NCBI RefSeq assembly: GCF_006345805.1
Contig: NC_043007.1
Span: 67,394,001-67,458,000, forward strand
Length of the DNA stretch: 64,000 nt
DNA from: Octopus sinensis
Lineage: Eukaryota
Direction of reading: 5' to 3'
Below, one piece after another: positions 14,924-27,429 of the stretch (within the stretch, counting starts at the first letter, position 1; the number at the start of each line of letters is the position of its first letter). A model generated the notes under the pieces. It worked only from the letters and a program-made list of their open reading frames with translations, was not told where the DNA came from and searched no databases. The translations under genes were made by a program, and so were the position numbers.

Positions 14924-15184
14924 GTAGGTCTTTTTCTTTTTTTCTTTGCTTTATTTTGTGTTTGCTTTACAGTTATAGTATACACTCAGCAGCATTGTGT
15001 AACCCACCTTATAATGTATACTACTCAAAATGTATCCCAACTCATAACATGTGCTCCTCCATGAGTAATGTTGTGATTTCAGTGAGGGTTACACCAAAAT
15101 GTCTCTCTGTCTCCTCCAGGCTCACAGAATTTGAACTTGGTACAGCTAGATAACAAACAACTTGTCAGTATTACAGAGTTATTA

Positions 15185-17745
15185 AGGCAGCAAGTTGGCA
15201 GAAGTGTTAGCAAGCTGGGTCGAATGTTTAGCGGCATTTTATCTGCATCTTTATGTTCTGTGTTCAAATTCTGCCACAGTCAACTTTGCCTTTCATCCCC
15301 TTGTAGTTGATAAAGTAAGTACCAGTTAAGCATTGGGGTTGATGTAATTGACTTGTGCCCTCCCCTGAATTACTGGCCTTGTGCCAAAATTTGAAACCAA
15401 TATTACAGTGATGTAAAGCAACAAGCTGACAGAACCATTAACATGCCAGGCAAGTGATACTGCTACTGGAGGATGGCATGTCAGTTGTATCTATTTACAG
15501 CTATGTGGACTGTGTTCAGTGCTCTGAGTTTAGACAGTATTGTTTAGAAATAAGATTTGTACCAGTATTTGGTTGTCAGTTGCCCTGTCCACTGTCAACA
15601 ACCCCCTTGCATTATTGATAAGCTAACTTTATTTTAGATAATATTCAAACTGTGTGTAAATGTGTACAGAATAATACAGAGATGGATGTTATTCAGAATG
15701 TAAAGAATTGCAACAAATGCTTTACAATATTTACTTAGTTCTGTATGCTCTAAGTTCAAATCCCACTGAGGTTGACTTTGGTTTCCAGGCTTTTGAGGCA
15801 AGTAGAATAATGCATCAGCCAGGCATCGGAGTCGAGGGTATCAACTTACCCTCCTTCCCTCAGAGTATCTAACCTTGCACCTAAACCAGAAATCATATAA
15901 GGCAGTGAGCTGGCAGAATCATTGACATGCTGAAAGAAATGTTCAGAAGGTGGTGAGCTGGCAGATTTGTTAGCACACCGGGCAAAATGCTTGACAATAT
16001 TTCATCCATCTTCATGTTCTGCATTCGAATTATACTAAAATTGACTTGACTTTTCATCCTTTCAGAGTTGATAAAATAAGTGCCAGTTGAGCACTGAGGT
16101 CAATATAATCAATTTACCCACTGCCCCAAAATTTCTGGCCTTGTGCCAAAATTTGAAATCATCATCATTATTATTAAGACCAGTCCACTCTGCTGAGTAG
16201 TTGGTGCTAGGAAGGGCACCCAGCTGTAAAAATCCTGCCAAAACAGTCACAGAAGTCTGGTGCAGGCTTTTGCCTGGCCAGCTTCTGTCAAACCATCCCA
16301 TCTATGCCAGCATGGATGGTGGACATTAAACGGTGATGATGATGATGATACAGTGAGCTGGTAGAATTGTTAGCACATTTTGGGCAAAATGCTTAGTGGT
16401 ATTTCATCCATATTTACATTCTGAGTTCAAATTCTGCTGAGGTCAACTTTGCCTTTAATCCTTTTGGGGTCAATAAAATAAACACCATCTAAGTACTGGG
16501 TTGATGTAATCGACTATCCCGCTTCCCCAAAATTCCAGGCCTTGTGCCTCTAGTAGAAAGGATTGTTATTATTATTAAGGGGATGTGCTGACAGATCATT
16601 AGCAAGCTTGGCAAAATGATTAGCAGCATTTCATCCATCTTTGTTCTGAGTTCAAATTCTGACGAGGTTGACTTTGCCTTTGATTCTTTTGGGGTCAATA
16701 AATTAAGTACCAGTCAAGTACTGGGGTTGATGTGATCAACTTTCTCCACCCAACAAAATTTCAGGCCTTGTTCCTAGTTCAAATTCTACCAAGGTCAACT
16801 TTGCTTTTCATCCTTTCAGGGGCAATAAAATAAGTACCAGTTGAGTAGGGTCGATGTAATCAACTTAGCCTCTTCCCTGAAATTGCTGGCCTTGTGCCAA
16901 AATTTGCAACCCTTATTATTATTATTTAAAATGTCACATAGTATCCAATATTGTGATGTTGTTAATTAAAGATATTGTGTCTACTGGGGGTTTGCACTGT
17001 CTGTCAAGTCACAACAAGGACCTCAGACAGTACTTTACGCAATGTGTGTGCAGTTACAAGTAATGTTGAGTTTTGCAGTACACCTAAATTGTAGGGTATT
17101 TTTAAGTTTCCAGATGTTTCTTCAGGTTGGGTGGTATTGAACCCAATGCTCTGATGTCAATAGGGACAACCTTTATATTTGACTCATGTAGCTGCCACAT
17201 CTTGGTGATTTCCAAATTTATCAATCTTTTCTCTTTCATGATAACATGTTGATCTCCTGGCACTGCCACATTTATTATTATTATTATTAGTGTTGGAAAG
17301 CTGGTAGAGTAATTAGCATGTCTGACAAAATGTTTAGTGGTTTTCATTCATTTTTATGTTCTGAATTCAAATTCTGCTCAAGTCAACTTTACCTTTCATC
17401 CTTTTTAACGCCAATGAAATAAGCATCAGATGAGCGCAAGTGTCGATGTAATTGACTTCTCCATCCCTCAAAAATTGCTGGGCATGTGCTAAAATAAGAA
17501 AGGATTATTATTTTATTATTAAGATTTCAAGCTGGCAAAACTGTTAGCATGCCAGGTAAAATGCTTAGCAGCATTTCATCTGTCCTTATGTTCTGAGTTC
17601 AAGTCCATCGAGGTCACCTTTACCTTTCATCCTTTTGAGGTTGATAAAATAAGCACCAGTTGAGCACTAGGGGTCAATGTAAATGACTTAGCCTTTCCCT
17701 TGAACTTGCTGGTCTTGTGCCAAAATTTGAAACCACTGTTGTTAT
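15185..17745 (+). mobile_element. Head-to-tail chain of roughly 8-10 SINE copies or fragments
   Basis: Repeated starts near 15185, 15901, 15947, 16351, 16577, 17291 and 17521, all + strand; several begin directly after the (TTA)n or (TGA)n tail of the previous element. Confidence 0.75.
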
Positions 17746-18111
17746 TGTTTGGAGTACATGGCACAAGGTGGTGAAGCATGATCTTCAGATGTTGGGTCTT
17801 ATGGAGGTGATGACAAATGATTGAAACCTTTGGCGGTTTGCCATGCTTAAGAAGACTCGTCAGGCCAAGTGAAACCATAGTTGTGGACAGTGCCAGTGGC
17901 ATTTAAAAGGCACTCACTACACTCTAAAGAGTGGTTGAGCATTAGGAAGGGCATCCAGCTGTAGAAATTAACCCAAAATCAGACTTGGAGCTTGGTACAA
18001 CTCTCTAGCTTACCATCTCCAATCAAACCATCTAACCCATGCCAGCATAGAAAACAGACACTAAATGATGATGATTGTTGTTATTATTATTATTATTATT
18101 ATGTATTGTAG

Positions 18112-18199
18112 AGTACTCCTGCTCAGACAGCTGCTATGGCTCTCACAACTGGATTGTTCCAGCAACAATTAGCTGCAGGTATTTCTCTGCAACCATCTG
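18112..18199 (+). CDS. GTF2A1: TFIIA large subunit exon (STPAQTAAMALTTGLFQQQLAAGISLQPS)
   Basis: ttgtag acceptor and gtaaga donor; 88 nt, phase 0-1; resembles the vertebrate TPAATAATLAL segment. Confidence 0.85.
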
Positions 18200-18811
18200 G
18201 TAAGAACTTTGATATTTTTGTCAGCATACATACACACACACAATCATTCCTAAACACTGTTGCATGGATGCATACTCATTTGTATACACACACATATGCA
18301 TGTATGCATACACTCACAAATATAAATGTGCATATGAACAAAGGCTGGAACATGCATTTCTCATCAATAATTTATAGGATTTGTGCTTAGATATGTATAT
18401 AGAAGTGTTTGTATAACTGTCAAATACCGTATTTTTATATTGGAAAGCTCATTTTAAATAAGGTTTTTTTATGTTTTCTGCTATGGCTTCAATAAAGACT
18501 GGTTTGACCTATATTAGCATGGAAAAGTTGATGTTAAAAGAAATGATTGATTGATTATGTATTTATTTCGGTCATTTAGGTGATACAGTTCTGGTGAGGA
18601 AGAGGACCCCATAACCATTTAATATTTAAAAATTAGTTTTATAGATACTTCTTTCAAAATTTCTATTTTGTTTTTTACACATTAACCTGTCTATGTTGAA
18701 CTATGTAAAATGTTAGAGATAAAAATCTAGTTGTTTCTTGTAATAAATACATCTAAAGCAAAATTTTTCATAGACCCTTAAAATACTACTGTGGATCCCT
18801 AATTTACTATT

Positions 18812-21468
18812 TGTTATATCTTTATTATGTTGGATTGTTATAACGCCTACTTTGGTCTAGAGTATACTTAGTAAAACCAGTAAAGACCCAACTATTTCTG
18901 ACTGCCTGCTATATACTCCAGTACTTCATGTACTTCTCTTTACTTATAATGACTAGGTTATTCCAGTCTTCATGTGGAAGGGGGTGTACCATTATTACTA
19001 ATTCCCTACAACATCTCTCCTTTTAAGTTTTTCTTAGGAAGCATCATTTTATTTAGCAATATTTTTTATTCACTTCTACCTGTGAGTTTTCATACAATAT
19101 GTATTGTTTTTTTCATACAATTTAATATTTTTTGTGCTTGGTATCTATTTTCAGGAACTCTGTAGGTTTTCTTTTCCTCTCCCTTTTATGCCTGGGTTGA
19201 ATCATCTGTAGTGGCATTGGTACTTGGAATGTATCATACAACCATTCCATCAGTTCCTCCAACTTCTTTTGTTCGTTTTCCACAAATCTCTTTTCCAATT
19301 GGTCCCTGTGTCTCTTTTGTATGCCTTTTCTACATTTTACCCAATACATCATTTTATCTCCATTTGATAATTAGACCATCTTCCCAACTCTGCTTTCCAT
19401 TCTTGTATGCCTTCATATACAACTTTTCATCAACTTTAATGAATCTTGCTATGTCTTCCCTGGCACTTATTCTTTTCTTGCTAGGTAGCAATTTATCAGT
19501 GACTGATTTTACTTTCTTTGCAAACATCAGCTCTGCTGCTTTATTTGGATTTGGTGTCACAGTACACTCCTAAAAATTGTTGTAGAGCTACCTTATCCAT
19601 GACTTCCTTGTTCGATTTTCTATGGGCTCTTTTAAAGGTATCGACAAAGCATTCTGCCTGTCTATTAGATCTGGGATGGTATGGCACAGTAGTTACATAT
19701 TCTACTGCAAACGTTTTAAAAAAGTTTTTTAATTCACTAGACACAAATTGTTTCATTGTCAGACTCTCTCTTGTCTGGGATGCCAAATCTTGCAAACATT
19801 TCATGTAAAAAAATTCATCACAGTTGAGGAGGTTGGTTTTTTACACTTAGAAATTTCTGGCCATTTCAAGAAAGAACCATTTTAAGGACCAGCGACCTCA
19901 ATGTGTAGTCTTCACCGCAGAACATCTACTCTTGAACAATTTTCACTTTTTATTGTGGGCAATTTTTCATTTCGTTTTGGCTTACCTTCAGCTGAACCAG
20001 CCATATTTCCACTCAAAACACTTTTTGGTGTATTCCACAATTTGAATAGTTCCATCCACAGAGTGGATGGAACTATTCAAGTTCAAGTGAATCTTTTAAT
20101 ACATATATCTTTGCCTTTTTTGTTTGACCTCAAAATGTCACATTACATACAAATTCGCTGAAAAATATAATTTTTTTTTCCTGTAACACCATGTGCTACT
20201 TTTTTTAGATTTAATTTTGGCTTACCAACGTATTTCCAAATTTTTTCGTTTATAATGGTGATAACACTTCCAGTGTCTAATTTCCTTTTAACACTTGTAT
20301 TTCTGATTTTCACATTCACAAATTTCCTCATTGTTATATTACTGATTTCTTCCAAAGGCATACTATTTATTCTTTCTTTGTTCTGATTTTCGTTCTACAG
20401 TGTGTCTTTATATGTCCGATATTACCTCAACGAAAGCATTCTGCTTTTTTAAATGGACAATTTTTCCTCAGGTGTATACCTCCACATGCAAAACATGGGT
20501 TTATTTCTTGACTTTTGTTTTTTTTTTTTTTAAAAAGCACTTTATCTCTGTTCTGACTATATCACACTTGTTTTACTTGGAAACAATCTTTACGTTCAAT
20601 TTCCTCTGTGTCATGTCTTAATTTGACTATCCTTTCACATTCTTCTGAGACTTGCTTTAGGCTTACATCCTGGTTTTGTTCCAGCTTTGCAAGAATTCTA
20701 GTTCTAACTTCTGCATCCTTTTCGGCAGTAAGTCCCTGTGTAAAAATCAGGCATTTGAACTTACTGTATTGATCATGTTCTGTTGCTGCCAGTTTTCTCA
20801 AGATTAAGCACATTTTCATCTTGTCCCACTCTTTACATTCTTTCTTGAAGATTTGCTTATATCTTATGTAGAATGCTTCAAAGATAACTCTTTCATCTGG
20901 TTTGTATTTGAACTCTGTTATGGAGTTTGTGACAGTCTGGTGAGAACACTTTTTCTGAATTTCTTGACAACTTCATTAATTGCAGCATTTGTTGCTTTAA
21001 TAGTAATTGTTGTTGTTTCAGTTGTTGTTGTTGCAGTTGTAGCTGCTGCTGTTATTGTTCTTCTTTCAGTTGCTCGTGTTGCTGTTTTTGCAATTTCAGC
21101 AAACTGGCCAACAAATTTTCCATAATTTTACCATTTTTTAAAATAAAATTTACACAACCAAAACTTTTGTGAGTTTAACTCCTTGTTGCCACTGTTATAT
21201 TCTTATAATGTTGGATTGTTATAACACGCACTATAGTATACAGTATACTTCGTAAAACTAGTAAAGATATGATTATCTCTGACTGCCTACTATGTACTCA
21301 TGTACTTAGTAATGGTACACCACTCCCACATGACTAATGGAATAACCTAGTCACTATAAGTAAAGAGAAGTACGTGATGTACTCATGTACTTCACGTACT
21401 TATAGTGACTAGGTTATTCCATTAGTCATGTGGGAGTGGTGTACCATTATTACTAATTCCCTACAACA
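18812..21468 (-). mobile_element. Ty3/Gypsy LTR retrotransposon, internally deleted and non-autonomous
   Basis: TG...CA LTRs at 18812-19013 and 21193-21468; PBS-like TGGCAACAAGGAG at 21191-21179; PPT AAAAGGAGAGA next to the 3' LTR; 5-bp TSD ctatt/ctgtt; gag-like, protease (LDTGS) and integrase (PYHPRSNRQAECFV) remnants; no RT seen. Confidence 0.9.
21311..21448. repeat. Perfect 52-bp inverted repeat with 34-nt spacer inside the 5' LTR
   Basis: 21311-21362 is the exact reverse complement of 21397-21448. Confidence 0.95.
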
Positions 21469-22211
21469 CTGTTTTGCTTGCATTGACTCCCAGGGATCAT
21501 ATAGACCCCATTTGAGAACCACTGATGGAAAAGTGTTTAGGATTTTGGATCTGGGGGTTGGGGGTGACATAGTAAGGGGTTGAGGATACAGTTATGTCTG
21601 AGAGGAAGGATCAGTTATATAATTAATTGTTTGAGGAGAGCAGGGGCTGCCGTAGTAGTGGGAGAAGGTGCACAGAGGGGACACAACATCACTGTGAGCT
21701 TGGGGGTTGAAGTCTTTTTCAAACGTGAATCTTTGTCAATTAGTCGAATGACTTCATGGTTGAGAAGCTTGCTTGCCAACCGTGTAGTCTGTGGTTCCAT
21801 TCCACTGCATGGCACTGTAGGTAACTGTCTTGAGAGTAGATTTGGTAGCTGGAAACTGGAAGACCTGTGTGTGTATGAGAGAGTGTGTATATGTGTGTAC
21901 TCTTGTCTTTTCATCACATTATGGTTGTAAATGAGCATCACTGTCATATAAATGATATTGTTAATTTACAGTTTAATATGAAAAATATCAAGGGAAAATA
22001 TTGGCTTGCTTGGAATCAGGTGTAAGCTGCCAACAAGAAGGGCATCTGCACATAGAAAACTGCCTCAATGAGTTCAGTCTCACTCATACAAGCATGGGAA
22101 AGTTGATGTTAAATGATGATAAAATGCATTAGAATGTCTTGAGAAAAAAAGTTTTTTTTTTTCTTTTTGTTGCTAATTTCGTTCTAATTTTCTCTTTTTT
22201 TTCTGTGGCAG

Positions 22212-22396
22212 CTAATAATCATTATATCACAGTAACTAACATTCCACAACAAGCTGTTCAGTCATCACCACAAGTTGCCACGGCAACCATCACAGTTCCC
22301 AATGCAAACACACTCGTTCATAATCAAGTACACACCACTTCTACTGTTGCTGCTCCATCCACCCAAGTCCTGCACCCCACAGTAAATGCTCCAACG
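22212..22396 (+). CDS. GTF2A1: TFIIA large subunit exon, T/V/Q/P-rich linker (ANNHYITVTNIPQQ...VNAPT)
   Basis: Long pyrimidine tract with ggcag acceptor and gtaagt donor; 185 nt, phase 1-0. Confidence 0.9.
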
Positions 22397-22474
22397 GTAA
22401 GTACCACAAGTTTTCTCTTTTAGGTTGATGCTGATCTTTGATGGCTCAACTTTTCCAAATATCTTTCATTTGTT

Positions 22475-22885
22475 GGATCTTTTCGGTTTGAACGGCAGTT
22501 TTTAACATAATTTCTAGGTAACTAAAAAATTTTAAACTTTGTATACTGGTAGAATGTGTTTATAAAATATCTTTTTCTCTTGGCTTTATTGAGAAAATTC
22601 TATAGTTTGTTAGAAATTTGTTGTTTTTTTTCTTCAATTTCTGCAATTTCAACCAATCAGTGACATCTTTTGAGGTAAAAAACATTCTGTGCCATATGAA
22701 TATGTCCCTCGTTTAAGAAACAGATTGGGTTTATTTACATTTGTGAAGAAAAAAAGATACCCTTCTCCCCACCCCTAACCCTAAAACAGATTGAAATGCA
22801 ATAGATCGATACTAGGGTCATAATTATGGGTGACAATTTCATATGACACCGCTAGAAAAAACTGCCATTCAAACCGAAAAGATCC
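22475..22885. mobile_element. MITE with ~29-bp TIRs and 8-bp TSD
   Basis: TIR ggatcttttcggtttgaacggcagttttt / aaaaactgccattcaaaccgaaaagatcc; perfect catttgtt duplication on both sides (22467-74 and 22886-93). Confidence 0.9.
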
Positions 22886-22989
22886 CATTTGTTTGTTCTA
22901 TTTCATATACATCATTCTATGGGATAAAGTTTTGTGTGTGTGGTTATTTATTTGTGTATACATGATATAAGAGGGACAATAAACAAAAA

Positions 22990-23790
22990 ATCCTTGAAGA
23001 TCCATATGCAGTGATGTCTGGTGTCCTGCAGGAATCTGTTCTCAGTCCTCTGTTGTTTGTTGCATACATTAATGAAATAGATGCTAACTTGAAACATGTT
23101 ACTGTGTTTAAATATGCAGGTGACATTAAACTGTACCTTGAGATAAAAAGGAAGGATCCTATACATTATAGATCTATCTTGTAATCTGACCTGAATACAA
23201 TGCAGCACAGGATTCCTGACTGGCAACTCAAGTTGGCAGCAGACAAGTGTACCCTCATACATTTTGGGAGGAAAAGTCTGCAATTTACCTATTTACCAAT
23301 CTTTAAAAGTCTGCTGGTAAATGCAACCTAAGCATTATTGTCAACACTGATCTGTCAAAAAGGCTTAATGTGTCTTGCATCACTCTGTAGGACTCTTGTT
23401 AGCTACTCAACAGCTATCTATTTAAAGCTGTATATGGCTATGGTATGTCCACACTTAAAGCTTGCAACTCCAGTCTGAAACTTCATCTTGTTTAGAATAT
23501 TGATCTGCTGGTGGTTGTCCAAAGATATGCAACTAGATGATACTCTCTGTCAGTCACTTACCATATCTTGAATGTATTGCTTCTCTGGGATTTGATGTCT
23601 TGCAATTAACTTGGTAAGAAGCCCATGTAATTATCCACCATCTTTCTAACAACAACTTTGTCCACATTTTTTAATTCAGTGCCTCTTTTACTCACAGACA
23701 TGCTTATAAAATCAGAAAGCAGTGCATTACCCTTGAGTTTCAGAAGTAATTTTTCATGCTTAGAATTGTTGAAGCATGGAATGAACTAAC
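22990..23790 (+). pseudogene. Degraded LINE reverse transcriptase fragment (CR1/L2-like)
   Basis: SGVLQESVLSPLLFVAYINEID...KYAGDIKLY resembles the RT motifs GVPQGS.L.PLLF and (F/Y)ADD; frameshifts and stops present. Confidence 0.75.
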
Positions 23791-24194
23791 CCATCTATTC
23801 TTTTATTTGTTCTGGTTATTGGCTGCATCTGTGATGAACCAAATCATGAATGCTGTTACCTTTGTGTGCAGGTACCTCTTGCTGTGATGTAGGTTCATAG
23901 TCAATTAGTAAGCAAGTAAGACTCAGTGTGGATAGAAATATTATTTAGGAAAATAATTATACAAGTATTACCGTATGTGTGTGTGTGTTAATAATCTTAT
24001 TGGTGGTTTTACAATTATTGTTTGATAGTAAACTTCTGTTGTTGAAGTGAAGTAATTCTTTCAGGCATGTTGAAAGTCACTCGGTTACTAAACTCTGAAA
24101 TTATTACACTTGTTCATGTCTCCATGTTGTGTAGGCAGTAGATATTAAACAGTAGGGAAAAACGTGAAAATGTACAGCAAAAATTTATCATAAA

Positions 24195-25597
24195 CTAGCA
24201 GAATTGCCCGGCGTTGCTCGGGGCTGAATTGCTTGAAAGTACTGTTAATGATTGCACTGAATTATGATGATTATTCAGGCAAATATTGATATAAGCTTAC
24301 GGTGGGAGATAAGGACTTAACGATCAAACGTGTGCCATTGCATTGTTTTGGGGGAACCAAATTTCTGATGAGCATTATAGGGGCACCAACTTTAAGTTTG
24401 AGAAAGTGTGGTGGTAGTCCGGGGTGCTCAAAGGAATTGAGTACCTCTATTGGATAGTTGATGACGTCCTCTGGGTCAGGAGTTGTATCGATAGACTGAT
24501 ATACATAGACTTCCCCAGGAATGAGTTTTAGCATTTCATCATTAATATGGTGAACAGTTTTATTCCTCGGGGCCAGTATAGCCTTTTTGCCAATCCAATC
24601 CATATTCTGATAATTAGCTTGTAGATCTGGGAACACTGCATCTCTGAGATCAGAAGGCGTCTTAACAATGGTACAAATGGAATCGATGGCAATATTACCA
24701 TTTTCATCCCCTGGTATTTTGCCTTCGCCAAGTGCAAGGAGGGTGTGAGGAAATGCTGCTGATGTGATATTACATCGCATATGAGCACGCATATTGGTGT
24801 GAAGTTTGAGAGTTACTTCCGTTTATTTTAAAAAATATGCATTAAAATGGAAAAAATGATGGTAAATTATTTGTAAAATCATAGACTCATCGTAGACGCG
24901 TGCTAATACCCAGAAGGGCTCGATATGAATCACGACTATAAGATACCCGGTTTTGGTTAAACTGCATCGCAAAATGTGGGAGTAGTTAGGAATCTAAATC
25001 GGAGTAGACAGACACACAACCTTTCTTTTATATATAAATATTTTCGTCCTAAAAAACTTTGTATGGATTGAATGGTTACCTCTATGGAAATATATACACG
25101 CACATTATACATACATGTATGTATAGATGAATATATAAATACATTTAAATATCTATATACACTTTTGGGCGATCTTTCTGTTTCTTAGAGATAACTTTAG
25201 ATCTTATTTTCGTGCTAAAAAACTTTGTATGGAGTGAATGGTTACCTCTATGGAAATATATACACACACGTTATACATACATGTGTGCATAGATGAATAT
25301 ATAAATACATTTATATATCTATATACACTTTTGGGCGATCTCTGTGCTACTTAGAGATAACTTTAGATCTTATTTTCGTCCTAAAAAACTTTGTGCGGAG
25401 TGAATGGTTACGTGTATGGAAATATATACACACACATTATACATACATCTGTGTATAGATGAATATATAAATACATTTAAATGTCTATATACACTTTTGG
25501 GCGATCTTTCTGCTACTTGGATATAGGGGCGATGTTCGCTTGTCGTAGCACACGTTTCCGTCGATTTCCGTAAAAATGTAAACACTGAATCGGCCAT

Positions 25598-25657
<60 letters not shown>

Positions 25658-26445
25658 ACATGCATACATACATATACACATAAACCGAGTAAAAAATTTC
25701 AGTTATCTCTCTCTTTCACACATTACTCTCTCTGTCTCTTCACACACACTAACAGAAGCACTTCACTTACACAACATACTGTCTGTCTCTCACACTCCAT
25801 CAAACACACACACACACACACACATGTACATCAATGCGTCCCATGCACGGTAACTTCAAAAGAACTTCCCTCGTCATACAATCGCTTACTCTTAGTCTCT
25901 TTCACTCTCATTACTTATGTAAAAAAATAAAAGTTTTTTATGGAAATCGACGGAAACCTGTACTACGACAAGCGAAGCATCGCCGATATAGGTCTTATAT
26001 TCGTCCTAAAATACTTTCCTGTCACACACTCATGCACACGCACGCACACACACGCACCCTCACACACACACACACTCACACACACGCACGTTAGCTTACA
26101 ATTTTATTTATATATTTGCGTGTCTATGTGTGTAAAGAGGAAGTGGCAGACTGAAAGAGTCACTCACTACAAAAGGTGAATTAGTTTCATTTTATTCCTT
26201 GCACACTGTGTGTGTGCGTGTGGTGTAAAACACATTAAGAAAAGCATTTGACATACACACCAGAATGTGAGTTTTCTGTAAATTTTGCTTAATTGGAGTT
26301 TAAATTTTAAAAAGTGGACCTGGCAAAACCCGATGCATTCTACTCTTAAAAATGCTAAGTAAATTGTAATTGAAGAAATCCTATATTGTAGATTTCTATA
26401 ACTGACAAAGGGAGGCAGATAAAATCTGCCTTTTATAATAAGAGA
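24195..26445 (-). mobile_element. Helitron with both termini and a PIF1-helicase fragment
   Basis: 5' TC at 26445 after A; 3' hairpin CCCGAGCAACGCCGGG followed by CTAG at 24198-24195 before T; ORF 24271-24792 carries ILAPRN...LKLKVGAPIMLIRNL...CNGTRL. Confidence 0.9.
25041..25520. repeat. ~166-bp tandem repeat x3 inside the Helitron
   Basis: ttttcgt(c/g)ctaaaaaactttgt recurs near 25041, 25207 and 25374. Confidence 0.85.
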
Positions 26446-26551
26446 TGAATGTCATTGAAGTTAGTGTCAGTTTTGATGCAATTAAAATAAATGATATAAG
26501 AAAAATGTATATTTGTGTCTGAAAAATATATTGTTAAATTTCTATTAACAG

Positions 26552-26689
26552 CCAACTAGCATAATTCAGTTTGATGGAGCAGCTGACACAAGTTCTGAAG
26601 ATGAAGATGATTACGAAAACGATGAGAATGAAGATGAGGAGGATGAGGCTGCAAATGAAGAAGAAGTCGAAACTGGAGGTGTTGAAGAG
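26552..26689 (+). CDS. GTF2A1: TFIIA large subunit exon with Taspase1 site and acidic tract (PTSIIQFDGAADTSSEDEDD...GGVEE)
   Basis: taacag acceptor and gtaatt donor; 138 nt, phase 0-0; QFDG aligns to the conserved QVDG. Confidence 0.95.
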
Positions 26690-27339
26690 GTAATTGATAC
26701 ATAGTTACCTTAAAAGTTGTTGATTAATGTTAGCAACATGGACTTATATGAATGCTCCGGTATGAAGAGTGGGTAAGAATGCTGTCAATTGATGAGTCAT
26801 TATTATCATTATTGTTCTACAAGCAAGGTTGTGTGGTTTAAGAAGTTTGCTTCCCAACTACATGACTTCAAGTTCAGACCCAATGGGTGGCACATTGGGC
26901 AAATGTAGTGACATAATTTTGGGTTTGATCTTAATGCATCACTGACTCCTCAGGTTGACTAATGCCTTCTTGAAATTTCCTTGACAGAATCTATTATATG
27001 GAAGTCTACTACGTGTGTATGTTTGACTTTTTTTTTTTTTTTTTTTGCATTGGCATTACTTAGACAAGGTTGATGTTGTCCTGTTTCCTGTAAAATCAGT
27101 AGTCCACTGATTTGACATGCAGAGAAGAATAATAAAATACTTTAACTAAAAGCAAATAAGGTTTGACATCAGGAAGGGTATCTGGCCATAAAAGTGTTGT
27201 TCAGCCCATGCCAGCATGGAAAAAACATGTAAAAACAATGATGGTGAAATGTGTATCAGAGAGACAGAGGGGCAGAGAGGAAGAGTTCAATAATGATGAG
27301 GATGATTTGAGTTTTTTTTTTTTTTTCATTCCAATTTAG

Positions 27340-27429
27340 GAACCTTTGAATTCTGAAGATGATGTTAGTGATGGAGATGTTACTGATTTGTTTGACACAG
27401 ATAATGTTGTAGTATGCCAGTATGAAAAG
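27340..27429 (+). CDS. GTF2A1: TFIIA large subunit exon (EPLNSEDDVSDGDVTDLFDTDNVVVCQYEK)
   Basis: tttag acceptor and gtaaga donor; hallmark TFIIA beta sequence. Confidence 0.97.

Noticed and set aside
14973-15153. Extra TFIIA exon just after 14923
   Set aside because: It would need a 49-nt intron and starts with an in-frame stop in the required phase; the frame closes without it.
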